Assembly: GCA_963739455.1 (NCBI GenBank)
Contig: CAVUAK010000002.1
Location: 260,054-324,053 of the forward strand
Source of the DNA: an uncultured Gemmatimonadales bacterium
Lineage (GTDB): Bacteria; Gemmatimonadota; Gemmatimonadetes; Gemmatimonadales; GWC2-71-9
DNA length: 64,000 bases
Direction: 5' to 3'
The notes beneath the pieces were generated by a model. The model was not told where the DNA came from and did not search any database. It saw nothing but the letters and a program-made list of their open reading frames with translations. The position numbers and the translations under genes are program-made. Positions 1-9,180 of this stretch are shown in pieces. How positions within the stretch are numbered: position 1 is the stretch's first letter; each line of letters starts with the position of its first letter.

Positions 1-244
1 TCCGGGTCATCTCGTGCACGGTGGCACAGTCCGGCGTCGATTCGGTGTCGAAGACGCGGATGATGATGAAATGGCGGTTGGGGAACTTCTCGAACTTGGG
101 AAGGTGCTCGGGGTCGAGGCAGTCGCGAACAGAAGTGGTATGCAGTCCATAGAGGTGCGCCACCTCCGTCAGCTCTGACGCCGTCGGCTCGACCACGTCA
201 ACCCAGGTGACGCCCTGGGTGCCGTCAATGACGGTACGGATCAT
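1..244 (-). CDS. CorA-family divalent cation (Mg2+/Co2+) transporter, N-terminal part (runs off window)
   Basis: Manual translation from ATG at 244: MIRTVIDGTQGVTWVDVVEPTASELTEVAHLYGLHTTSVRDCLDPEHLPKFEKF; WVDV..P and GLH...DCLD..HLPK are typical of the CorA N-terminus. Confidence 0.75.
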   Translation of the reverse strand, partial: MIRTVIDGTQGVTWVDVVEPTASELTEVAHLYGLHTTSVRDCLDPEHLPKFEKFPNRHFIIIRVFDTESTPDCATVHEMTR

Positions 245-269
245 TCGGTCGCGCCCAGGCGGGCGCCGC

Positions 270-1253
270 TCACGCCACCTGCTCTAGCGGCTGGAGGTAC
301 CCCAGGAAAATCGACTCGGCCTCCGCAATCGACTCCACCTGGAAGAGGCGCTGCCGCAGGTCGCTCGCGCCGTGGAGGCCCCTGGTGTACCAGCCCAGGT
401 GCTTCCGGAACTCCATGACCGTCTTGCGCGTGTCGCCCTGCAGCCGCAGCGCCAGCCGGGCGTGCTCGAGGGCCACCCGGAAGCGCTCCGCTGCGTCGGG
501 CGCCTGGGGCAGCGCCTCGCCCGCCAGCAGGGCCTGCGCATCCCGGAAGATCCACGGATTGCCGAAGGCGCCGCGGCCGATCATCACCCCGGCGCAGCCG
601 GTGTGCGCCTTCATCCGGACCACGTCCTCCGCGTGCTGCACATCGCCGTTGCCGATGACGGGAATGTCCAGCGCCTCCACCACCCGGGCGATCTCGTCCC
701 AGCTGGCGCGCCCGCCGAACATCTGGGTGCGCGTGCGCGCATGCAGGGTGAACGCCCGGGCGCCCGCGTCCTGCATGCGGAGCGCGATGCCAACGGGATC
801 GCGGTTCTCCTCGCTCCAGCCACTGCGCGTCTTCACGGTGACGGGGAGGTGCGTGGCGCCGATGACGGCACGGATGATCCGCGACACGAGTTCCGGTTCG
901 CGCAGGCAGCCCGAGCCGCCGTTTCGCTGCACCACCTTCTTGACCGGGCAACCGAAGTTGATGTCGATGAATTCCGGTGCGTAGTGCTCGGTCACCAGCG
1001 CCGCGGCCTCCGCCATGGCGCCGGGATCGGCGCCATAGATCTGGATGCCGATGGGGCGCTCATGCTCCTCGAACTCCGCGCCCTCGAGCGTGGCCCGAAT
1101 GCGGCGCCGGATCGCCTCCGACGAGAGAAACTCGGAAATGACGACGTCCGCCCCCGCCGACCGGCACACCTGCCGGAACGGGGCCTCCGAGACGCCGGCC
1201 ATCGGCGCCAGGATGAGCGCGAAATCGTGTGCGGAGGGATATGGCAAACGCAT
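270..1253 (-). CDS. dusB: tRNA-dihydrouridine synthase DusB
   Basis: LAPMAGV, DINFGCP, HARTR, GNGD and MIGRG motifs; start placed at ATG 1253 (ORF extends to 1280). Confidence 0.9.
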   Translation of the reverse strand: MRLPYPSAHDFALILAPMAGVSEAPFRQVCRSAGADVVISEFLSSEAIRRRIRATLEGAEFEEHERPIGIQIYGADPGAMAEAAALVTEHYAPEFIDINFGCPVKKVVQRNGGSGCLREPELVSRIIRAVIGATHLPVTVKTRSGWSEENRDPVGIALRMQDAGARAFTLHARTRTQMFGGRASWDEIARVVEALDIPVIGNGDVQHAEDVVRMKAHTGCAGVMIGRGAFGNPWIFRDAQALLAGEALPQAPDAAERFRVALEHARLALRLQGDTRKTVMEFRKHLGWYTRGLHGASDLRQRLFQVESIAEAESIFLGYLQPLEQVA

Positions 1254-1346
1254 GCGCGCAAAATACTTGGCGATCGTCATTGGCCGCCAGCCCGGCCCTT
1301 GGTAGGGTTACGGCGGGCGGCCCCGCCGGATTATCTTGGCGGCCTC

Positions 1347-1799
1347 ATGCGACTCCGTGACTTCATCAGCGACGATGCAGTGCGACTCGACCTCGGCGGG
1401 GCGTCGAAGGACGACGTTCTCGAGGAAATGGCGAAGCTGCTTCGCGCCGATGATCGCGCCACGGCCACGCTGCTGCGCATTCTCCGCCGCCGCGAGCACC
1501 TTGGCTCGACTGGCGTCGGTCGTGGCATCGCCATTCCTCATTGCCGGACGCTGGTGTCGAATCGATTGCGCGTGGCTTTCGCGCGGCACCCGGCGGGCGT
1601 CGAATGGGACGCAATCGACCGCCGGCCGGTGCGCTACCTGTTCCTGATCGTGGCGCCGCCGCTCGAGGTATCGAACCAGTACCTGCCCGTGCTGGGACGC
1701 ATCGCCCAGTTCGCCAAGGACGCCGACATTCCCGAGCGCCTGGCATCACTCACCAGTCCCGCCGATTTCTTCGCGCTCCTCGAGGCGCGCGGCGTCTAG
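1347..1799 (+). CDS. PTS sugar transporter EIIA (Fru/Ntr-type)
   Basis: C-terminal part of ORF 372..1799: RREHLGSTGVGRGIAIPHC phospho-His motif and WDAIDRRPV; ATG at 1347. Confidence 0.85.
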   Translation: MRLRDFISDDAVRLDLGGASKDDVLEEMAKLLRADDRATATLLRILRRREHLGSTGVGRGIAIPHCRTLVSNRLRVAFARHPAGVEWDAIDRRPVRYLFLIVAPPLEVSNQYLPVLGRIAQFAKDADIPERLASLTSPADFFALLEARGV

Positions 1800-1829
1800 A
1801 ACCGTATCACTTCACGAGAGGGAGCACGG

Positions 1830-2273
1830 ATGTCCACGACCAAGGACCTGAGCTGGGGCGGCATCGCGCTTCGCCTCCTCGCGGCGCTGGTGCTCGTCTA
1901 CCTGACGTTCAATCCGTTCGGCGTCTCCTGGTTCCACTGGACGATCACCCCGCTCCTCGACACCCCTACCGCCGCGCTGCGCTCCATCACGCCGCTCAAG
2001 GTGCTGGCCGGTATCGCGCTCCTCGGCGGATGGTGGTTCTTCATCCAGGCATCGCAGCGCTCGCTCGGCACCGCCGGCGCCTTCATCGTCCTCGCGCTGT
2101 GCGCAACCTTCTTCTGGGGACTCAGCTACTGGCACATCTTCACGCCCGGCTCCAGTTCCGCGATCGCGCACCTGGTGCTGATCACCGTGGCACTCGTCCT
2201 CGGCCTGGGCCTGTCCTGGTCGGCCGTGAAGCAGCGCATCACCGGCCAGGTGGACACCGACGTTATTGGCTGA
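1830..2273 (+). CDS. small 4-TM membrane protein (DUF6524-like)
   Basis: Four hydrophobic segments; TFNPxGxS motif; C-terminal SWS...RITGQVD; RBS GGGAG. Confidence 0.65.
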   Translation: MSTTKDLSWGGIALRLLAALVLVYLTFNPFGVSWFHWTITPLLDTPTAALRSITPLKVLAGIALLGGWWFFIQASQRSLGTAGAFIVLALCATFFWGLSYWHIFTPGSSSAIAHLVLITVALVLGLGLSWSAVKQRITGQVDTDVIG

Positions 2274-2790
2274 CGGGAGGCACTGCCTTCCGCGCCAGCA
2301 GTACCCCGGCCACGACACTCACCAGGTAAAGCACGATCCCCACCCCATGCACCGCGCGACCGATCGCCAGGTCCCGGTGCAGCAGGTCAAGCTCGTCCAG
2401 GATCCACAACCAGTCATGTTCCCCGCCTCCCACCAGCGGCAGGTCCTGGGCCCGCGCGTCGCTGATGTAGCGCGCGATGTTCCAGCAGTTCTGGCCCGTC
2501 CACCACAGCGGCACCGTCGCCGCGTGCCAGTCGCGCTGCACGGCGAAATAGACCGCGAATGTGAGGGGGACAATCAGCTGGAAGAGCGTACCACCGAGCA
2601 CGTTCATGAACTCGCCGAACGGGGCGAACAGCAGGTGGCCCGTTTCGTGGATCGCGAGGTCGATGTTGTCGACGAAGCCGAAGTGACCGGGGTGCGTGGC
2701 CAGGAACCAGCCGTAGATCGCCAGGACGCCCGTCAGGATCAGCCGCGGATAGTCCCAGGGGCGTCGAGGTCCGGCACTGCTAACTTGCAC
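2263..2790 (-). CDS. membrane protein with HExGH motif (M50-like zinc peptidase family)
   Basis: AIHETGH within a TM segment; LGGTLFQL and YISDA...LPL...HDW conserved blocks. Confidence 0.65.
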   Translation of the reverse strand: MQVSSAGPRRPWDYPRLILTGVLAIYGWFLATHPGHFGFVDNIDLAIHETGHLLFAPFGEFMNVLGGTLFQLIVPLTFAVYFAVQRDWHAATVPLWWTGQNCWNIARYISDARAQDLPLVGGGEHDWLWILDELDLLHRDLAIGRAVHGVGIVLYLVSVVAGVLLARKAVPPVSQ

Positions 2791-2818
2791 GTTCGGCCTT
2801 TCATTTCCCTGAGGTCCG

Positions 2819-5236
2819 ATGCCTCACGACGAACTCGACGGCCTGGAAGTTGGCGCATACACCCTGGAACGTCCCCTCGGTCATGGGGGGATGGGCTCGG
2901 TCTGGCTCGCCCACCGCACGGACGGTCGCTTCGAGGGTCGTGTTGCCGTCAAGCTGATGAACCTGGCCCTGGTCGAGTCGCTCGCCGTGGAGCGGTTTCG
3001 CCGTGAGGGCTCGCTTCTCGCGCGGCTCACCCACCCCGGTATCGCGCGACTGCTCGACGCCGGCGTGGCTGCCACCCGCCAGCCATACCTCGTCATCGAA
3101 TACATCGATGGGTTGCCGATCGACCGGTACGCCGACCTCGCGGTGCTGTCGGTACCCGACCGTCTCAGCCTTGCGCTGCAGGTGCTCGACGCCCTGAGCC
3201 ATGCGCACACCAACTTTGTCGTTCACCGCGACATCAAGCCGACCAACATCCTCGTTACTCCCGACGGGACCGTCAAGCTGCTCGACTTCGGGATCGGGAA
3301 GCTCCTCGGCCAGGAAGAGGGAGGAGATGACAGCCAGCTCACTGCAGCGGGCGGTCGCGCCTTCACACCCGCCTTCGCGGCGCCTGAACAGGTACTCGGC
3401 GGGCCCATTACCATGGCGACCGACGTCTACTCGGTGGGCGTATTGGTCTACCTGCTCGTGGCGGGGCACCACCCGATGGCCGGGCCGGGACAGGCGCCCG
3501 CTTCAATCCCTGCCCTGAGCGATATCGAACCGGCGCGCATCGGGCTGGGCGACCTCGACAGCGTGCTGCTCAAGGCACTGAACCGCCCGCCCGCCGACCG
3601 CTACCAGACTGCGCAGGAGTTCGCGGACGACCTGCGCCGGTATCTCGCGCAGCGGCCCGTGCGCGCCCAGCCCGATTCCGCGACCTACCGGATGAGGAAG
3701 TTCCTTCGGCGGCATCGCGACCTGGTGATCGTCGGAACTGCGATCACCGCTGCCCTCATTGGCATGGCGACCTTCTCCTTTCGACAGATGACCGCGGCTC
3801 GGACCCAGCGCAACGTCGCCATCCGCTCCAGCCAGCGCGAGGGCGCGCTCAGTGAGCTCCAGGGAATCCTGGCTGCTGACCTGCCCGGCCCCGACGGAAA
3901 GTCCCTGTCGATGGCCGGCCGCATCGCGAAGGCCGAGGAAGTGCTTGGCCGCCGCTACCGCAACGATCCCTGGCTCGTCGCCACCGTGCTGGTCGATCTC
4001 TCCGGTCGTCACTTCGAGGTGGGTGACCTTGCGGCCCAGCGCGAGATGCTCGAGCGCGCCCGAGCGGTTGCGAAGCAGGCCAGCCTCGGCTCCCCGCTGG
4101 CACTGGCCGACTGCACGCGCGCCATCAATTTCTGGCTGCTCGATATCCTCGACTCGGCGCGCGCGGATGTCGCCGAGGCCAATGCGGCGCTGGCACGTGA
4201 TCCCGATCCGGATCTCTCGGTGAAATCCGTCTGTCTCGAGGCGGAGGGCAAGCTCCTCCAGTCGGCGGGCGAGACCGACCAGGCGGTGGCCCTGCTGGAA
4301 CAGGCGCTGGCCATCGAGCAGGCGGAGCCGAATGGCGGCCGCCAGCTCTCGGTCGAGAACTCGCTCGCCGAGGTGCTGCGCCTCTCGGGCCGCACGCGTG
4401 AGGCGGTGCCCCACTTCCGTCACATTCTCGCGGAACTGGAAGCGAACGGCTACGGTGACACCGACGCCTGGCCCAATGTCGTCGCGTTCCTCGCGGCGTC
4501 CCTGGAGGAACTGGGTGAGCTGGCCGAACTGAACGTCTCGCTTCGAGAGTATGTGCGCACCCGACAGGGCGCGTCCGGTGCACCGATCGCTTCGCGACTC
4601 TCCCTGCTTTACGGAGTGAGCTTCCTCCGACTGGGCGCGCTCGACTCGGCCGAATGGTGGATCGGGAAGGCGCTGGAGGATACCACCGGACGAGCCGGCC
4701 TCTTCGAGGCGCAGCTCCCCACGGTGCTGTCGCAGTTGCGGCTGGACCAGGGGCGCCTGGCGGACGCGCGTGTGCAGGTGGGCAAGCTGCCCGCGCGGGC
4801 ACGTGGCCAGCGCGCCACGGCGGCGATGATGCAGGCACGAGTCCGGCGGGCGCAGGGTGATGCCGATGGGGCCTCAAGGCTGCTGGAGCTCGAGCTGTCG
4901 AAGTTGGAGATTGACACCCTTCCCAAGCTGGCGCTCTTCACCCTTCCCCTGGTGACGGCGGGAGACTGGCGGCTGGCCCGCGCCGATGCGCACGGCGCCG
5001 ATTCGCTGGCTCGTCTGGCCCGCGAGGCAGCCGCAATCGATTCTCTTGCCCTTACCCGAAGCGCGCTTGTCGGCCGCGCCGAGTTGTTGCGCGCGAGGGC
5101 CCTTGCCGCCAACCGCGAGCTCGTCGAAGCGCGCAGGGCGGCAGAGCGTGCGGTGGCGGCCCTCGATAACGGCTACGGGAGTGAAAACGGTTGGTCGCGA
5201 ATGGCGCGGGAACTGGTGGACTCGCTGTCGCGCTAA
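2819..5236 (+). CDS. membrane Ser/Thr protein kinase with extracellular TPR-like helical domain
   Basis: GHGGMG, VAVK, HRDIKPTN, DFG, APE and DVYS motifs; one TM (LVIVGTAITAALIGMATF); Ala/Leu-rich helical repeats. Confidence 0.9.
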   Translation: MPHDELDGLEVGAYTLERPLGHGGMGSVWLAHRTDGRFEGRVAVKLMNLALVESLAVERFRREGSLLARLTHPGIARLLDAGVAATRQPYLVIEYIDGLPIDRYADLAVLSVPDRLSLALQVLDALSHAHTNFVVHRDIKPTNILVTPDGTVKLLDFGIGKLLGQEEGGDDSQLTAAGGRAFTPAFAAPEQVLGGPITMATDVYSVGVLVYLLVAGHHPMAGPGQAPASIPALSDIEPARIGLGDLDSVLLKALNRPPADRYQTAQEFADDLRRYLAQRPVRAQPDSATYRMRKFLRRHRDLVIVGTAITAALIGMATFSFRQMTAARTQRNVAIRSSQREGALSELQGILAADLPGPDGKSLSMAGRIAKAEEVLGRRYRNDPWLVATVLVDLSGRHFEVGDLAAQREMLERARAVAKQASLGSPLALADCTRAINFWLLDILDSARADVAEANAALARDPDPDLSVKSVCLEAEGKLLQSAGETDQAVALLEQALAIEQAEPNGGRQLSVENSLAEVLRLSGRTREAVPHFRHILAELEANGYGDTDAWPNVVAFLAASLEELGELAELNVSLREYVRTRQGASGAPIASRLSLLYGVSFLRLGALDSAEWWIGKALEDTTGRAGLFEAQLPTVLSQLRLDQGRLADARVQVGKLPARARGQRATAAMMQARVRRAQGDADGASRLLELELSKLEIDTLPKLALFTLPLVTAGDWRLARADAHGADSLARLAREAAAIDSLALTRSALVGRAELLRARALAANRELVEARRAAERAVAALDNGYGSENGWSRMARELVDSLSR

Positions 5237-5511
5237 GTGTCGTCGCCTTGCACCGTCTCGCGGATCTGCAGCCGACGCACCACCAGCTCATCCACCTCCA
5301 GGCGCCGGATCCGGACCCGATGGATGGCAAGCTTGCCGATTGCCAGGGCACCGATCGCAACCGCGCCCAGGGCCAGTGCGCCAAGGGCAAGTGAGCCGAT
5401 GGCGAGGGTCCCTACCGCCTTGGCACCGGCCTTCTCGGACCGGAGGATGACGTCCTCATCGCCGGGCCAGTCCCGCCGCGACCCCCGACCCAGCCTGCGC
5501 GAATGGAGCAT
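5233..5511 (-). CDS. small hypothetical protein with pentapeptide (AIGAL-like) repeats
   Basis: AVGTL-AIGSL-ALGAL-ALGAV-AIGAL-AIGKL-AIHRV-RIRRL-EVDEL-VVRRL; RBS-like GGAAG upstream. Confidence 0.6.
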   Translation of the reverse strand: MLHSRRLGRGSRRDWPGDEDVILRSEKAGAKAVGTLAIGSLALGALALGAVAIGALAIGKLAIHRVRIRRLEVDELVVRRLQIRETVQGDDT

Positions 5512-5535
5512 TGCGTCTTCCTGTTGGATCTTTCG

Positions 5536-6256
5536 CTAGAAATCAGTCGTGGTCGCGCCAAACGCAAGCCCGTCACCTGCCACAATCAGGTTCGGGTTGT
5601 TCGATCCCGAGGTTGAATCCGTACCCGATCACGGCGGCGTCGGGATACAATGCCTTCACTTCCGCCCACGTGAGCACGTTGCTCTGACCGTTCTTCGTGC
5701 TCCACCAGAGCCCCGCACTCGCATCCCATTGCTGCCAGGTGTCGTTCACGATCGCATCCTGGCCGCCGGATTGGCGATACGGCTCGTACACCAGCGTGGC
5801 GAAGTTGCCCGGGACGCTCGTGCCGCTGATCTGGACGTTGAGGGAAATCGTCGCAGCCTGGGGAGCAGTGGGGTCGGCGACAATCGCCGGAGACGTGGAC
5901 GACCGGTAGCCCCAGTACGATACGTTCGCGATCGAGCTGAGCGCAGTGCCGGCTGACGCGAAGGTGAAGAGCTGCGCCTTGTCCTGCAGGGGCGAGCCAG
6001 TCGCCGCACCGGTAGTGAGCTTCACCGCGTCGCAGGTCAGGCCACTCGGTGTGCCGAACTCGGTGGTCATGGCGACGGTGCCGTTCGAGCGGGTATCGGA
6101 CGAGTACCAGCCCGGCGCAGGCACCGAGGCCGGATCGCCCGCCAGGATGGCGACCGGCGTGCAACCCGGTTCCGAGTCATTGGAGCAGGCCACAAGGCCG
6201 GCGCTCGCGGCCAGTGCCGTGACGGCGCAGTACTTCCAGGTGCGACTGAGAGACAT
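5536..6256 (-). CDS. putative lipoprotein of unknown function (1-nt indel near 5606)
   Basis: Signal peptide with lipobox LVAC; removing one G near 5606 gives the C-terminus GFNLGSNNPNLIVAGDGLAFGATTTDF* (TAG at 5536). Confidence 0.65.
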
Positions 6257-6258
6257 TG

Positions 6259-7848
6259 CTATTCCCATTCAATGGTTGCAGGCGGCTTGGACGAGATGTC
6301 GTACGTCACCCGGTTGATCCCCCGCACCTCGTTGATGATGCGCGAGGACACCTTCTTGAGCAGGCTGTACGGTAGCGGCGCCCAGTCGGCGGTCATGAAA
6401 TCGCTGGTCTGAACTGCACGGAGCGCCACCACGAACTCATAGGTGCGCCCGTCGCCCATTACGCCGACACTCCGGACCGGCAGGAACACGGCGAAAGCCT
6501 GGCTGGTGAGGTCGTACCAGCTCTTCCCTGTCGCCTCGTCCCTCGCCTGCCGCAGTTCCTCGATGAAGATCGCATCGGCCCGACGCAGCAGGTCGGCGTA
6601 TTCGCGCTTCACCTCGCCCAGGATGCGAACGCCCAGTCCCGGTCCGGGGAATGGATGCCGGTACACCATGTCGTGTGGCAGGCCCAGTGCCACGCCGAGC
6701 TCCCGCACTTCATCCTTGAAGAGCTCACGGAGCGGCTCGAGAAGCTTCAAGCCAAGCGTTGCCGGCAGGCCGCCGACGTTGTGATGGCTCTTGATGGTGA
6801 TCGCCTTCTTGCCGGCGCTGCCCGATTCGATGACGTCGGGATAAATCGTGCCCTGGGCCAGCCAGCGCACGTTCCTGAGCTTCTTCGCCTCGGCCTGGAA
6901 CACCTCCACAAACTCACGGCCGATGATCTTGCGCTTCTGTTCCGGGTCGGTGATTCCCTTGAGATGCCCGAGGAACTGGTCGCTCGCGTCGACGTGCACC
7001 ACCCGCGCCTTGAGCTGCCCCGCGAACATGTCCATCACCATGCCGGCCTCACTCAGGCGCAGCAGTCCATGGTCCACGAAGACGCAGGTGAGCTGGTCGC
7101 CGATGGCGCGATGGATCAGTGCCGCCGCCACGCTGGAATCGACGCCGCCGCTCAGCCCGAGAAGGACCTCCTCGCTGCCGACCTGCGCGCGGATGCGGGC
7201 CACCGCCTCATCGATGTAGTTGCCCATCACCCAGTCGGGTCGCGCCCCGGCGATGTCCAGCACAAACCGGTTGATCAGCGCCTTCCCCTGCACCGTGTGT
7301 GTAACCTCGGGATGAAACTGCACCCCGTAATATCCTCGCGCTTCATCGGCCATGCCGGCGATCGGGCAGCTCGGCGTAGACGCCAGCAGCTTGAACCCGT
7401 CAGGCAGCCGCGTCACCTTGTCGCCGTGGCTCATCCACACCTTCAGCATGCCGTGCCCTTCGGTGGTGCTGAAGTCCTCGATGCCATTGAGCAGCCGGGA
7501 ATGCCCATGTGCCCGTACTTCGGCGTACCCGAACTCGCGGTGCGTGCTCGGCTCGACATCGCCACCCAGCTGCACCGCCATGGTGAACATCCCGTAACAG
7601 ATGCCAAGGACCGGCACCCCTGCCTCCCACACCGCATGTGGGGCGCGAAGGTCGCGGTCCTCGTATGTGCTGGCGTGGCTGCCGGAGAGGATGATGCCCC
7701 GGGGCTTGAAGTCCCGGATGAACTGGTCGCTGACGTCGTTGGGATGGATCTCGCAGTAGACGTGCGCCTCGCGCACGCGTCGCGCGATCAGTTGCGTGAC
7801 CTGGGAACCAAAGTCGAGAATCAGGATCCTGTCGTGCTGGTCGCTCAC
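6259..7848 (-). CDS. guaA: GMP synthase (glutamine-hydrolysing)
   Basis: [40 protein letters not shown] and KPPATIEWE motifs. Confidence 0.97.
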   Translation of the reverse strand: MSDQHDRILILDFGSQVTQLIARRVREAHVYCEIHPNDVSDQFIRDFKPRGIILSGSHASTYEDRDLRAPHAVWEAGVPVLGICYGMFTMAVQLGGDVEPSTHREFGYAEVRAHGHSRLLNGIEDFSTTEGHGMLKVWMSHGDKVTRLPDGFKLLASTPSCPIAGMADEARGYYGVQFHPEVTHTVQGKALINRFVLDIAGARPDWVMGNYIDEAVARIRAQVGSEEVLLGLSGGVDSSVAAALIHRAIGDQLTCVFVDHGLLRLSEAGMVMDMFAGQLKARVVHVDASDQFLGHLKGITDPEQKRKIIGREFVEVFQAEAKKLRNVRWLAQGTIYPDVIESGSAGKKAITIKSHHNVGGLPATLGLKLLEPLRELFKDEVRELGVALGLPHDMVYRHPFPGPGLGVRILGEVKREYADLLRRADAIFIEELRQARDEATGKSWYDLTSQAFAVFLPVRSVGVMGDGRTYEFVVALRAVQTSDFMTADWAPLPYSLLKKVSSRIINEVRGINRVTYDISSKPPATIEWE

Positions 7849-9180
7849 CGCTCCTCACTCGTAACGCGTTCACTGCTGAAGAGATCTGCCACCACCTGCC
7901 GCGGGCGGGACAACCACGCGCGGCCCCGGTCGATGATGACCTCGGGTGGCAGCGGCCTCGTGTTGTAGTTGGAGGCCATCACGAAGCCATAGGCCCCGGC
8001 ACAGAGTATCGCCACAAGGTCGCCCGGTTCCACCGGCGCCACGTCACGATCGAGGGCAAAGAAGTCACCGGTTTCGCAGACCGGTCCCACCACGTCGGCC
8101 ACCATCGAACCACCAGCGCGCAGCTGCACCGGGACGATTCCGTGATATGCCTGGTACCGGCTCGGTCGCTCGAGGTCGTTCATTCCGGCGTCGACGATGA
8201 CGAATTCCTTGCCCCCCGAATGCTTCCTGAAAAGTACCCTCGTGAGGAGCACACCCGACGCACCGACCAGGAAGCGGCCTGGCTCGAGGTACAGCGTGAG
8301 CCCGGTCGGTTTCACCAGCGGCACCAGGGCGTCCGCGTAGGCGCGGGGCGACATCGGCTCCTCGTCGTTGTACCGGATGCCCAGCCCGCCGCCCACGTCC
8401 AGCTCACGAAGCGTCGTGGTGCCATCGGCGCGCACGGCGCTCACCAGCTCCACCAGGCGGCCTGCACCTTCGGCGAATGGCTGCGTATCGGTGAGCTGGC
8501 TGCCGATGTGCATTGCGATCGCCACCAGCTCGAGACCCGGGTGCTTCCGGATCATCGCAGCCGCCGGCCGAACCTGGTCGAGGGGAATCCCGAACTTGAT
8601 GCCGCGCTTGCCCGTGGAGATGTACGGGTGGGTTTCCGCGGTCACGTCGGGATTCACCCGGATGCCGAGGGGTAATGGCCGCTCGGCGTTCGCAGCGAGC
8701 CGCGCCAGCAGTTCAAGTTCGGCCATCGACTCGACGTTGACGTGCCCGATCCCGGCCGCCATCGCCGCGCGGAGCTCATCTTCCCGCTTGCCTACGCCGC
8801 TGAACACGATGTGATCGCTGGCGAACCCGGCGGCTATCGCCCGGGCCATTTCCCCCTCGGAAACAATGTCGGCGCCAGCGCCGAGGTCGCGGAGGACGCG
8901 CAGCACGCCGAGGTTGCTGTTCGCCTTCACCGCGAAGCAGATGCGGTGTGGCATGCCGACTGAGCGCCTGGTCGAGTTCCCGGAACTGCCGCCGGATGAC
9001 GTCGGCGTTGTAGACATATGCCGGCGTCCCGAATTCCCGCGCCACCTCGGCGAGAGAGACGCCGCCATCGACCAGCGTACCGTCGCGCCGCACCAGGTCC
9101 GCGTCCTCGAGCAGCAGCGCCGGGTCTGGCGCAGTGCCCGCCCGCTGGCCGGTGGCCACCGTCAGTACGCCCTCGCCCAC
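7845..9180 (-). CDS. lysA: diaminopimelate decarboxylase (frameshift near 8955)
   Basis: FGTPAYVY in one frame, then [23 protein letters not shown] and GAYG..MASNYN in another; GTG start uncertain. Confidence 0.88.
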
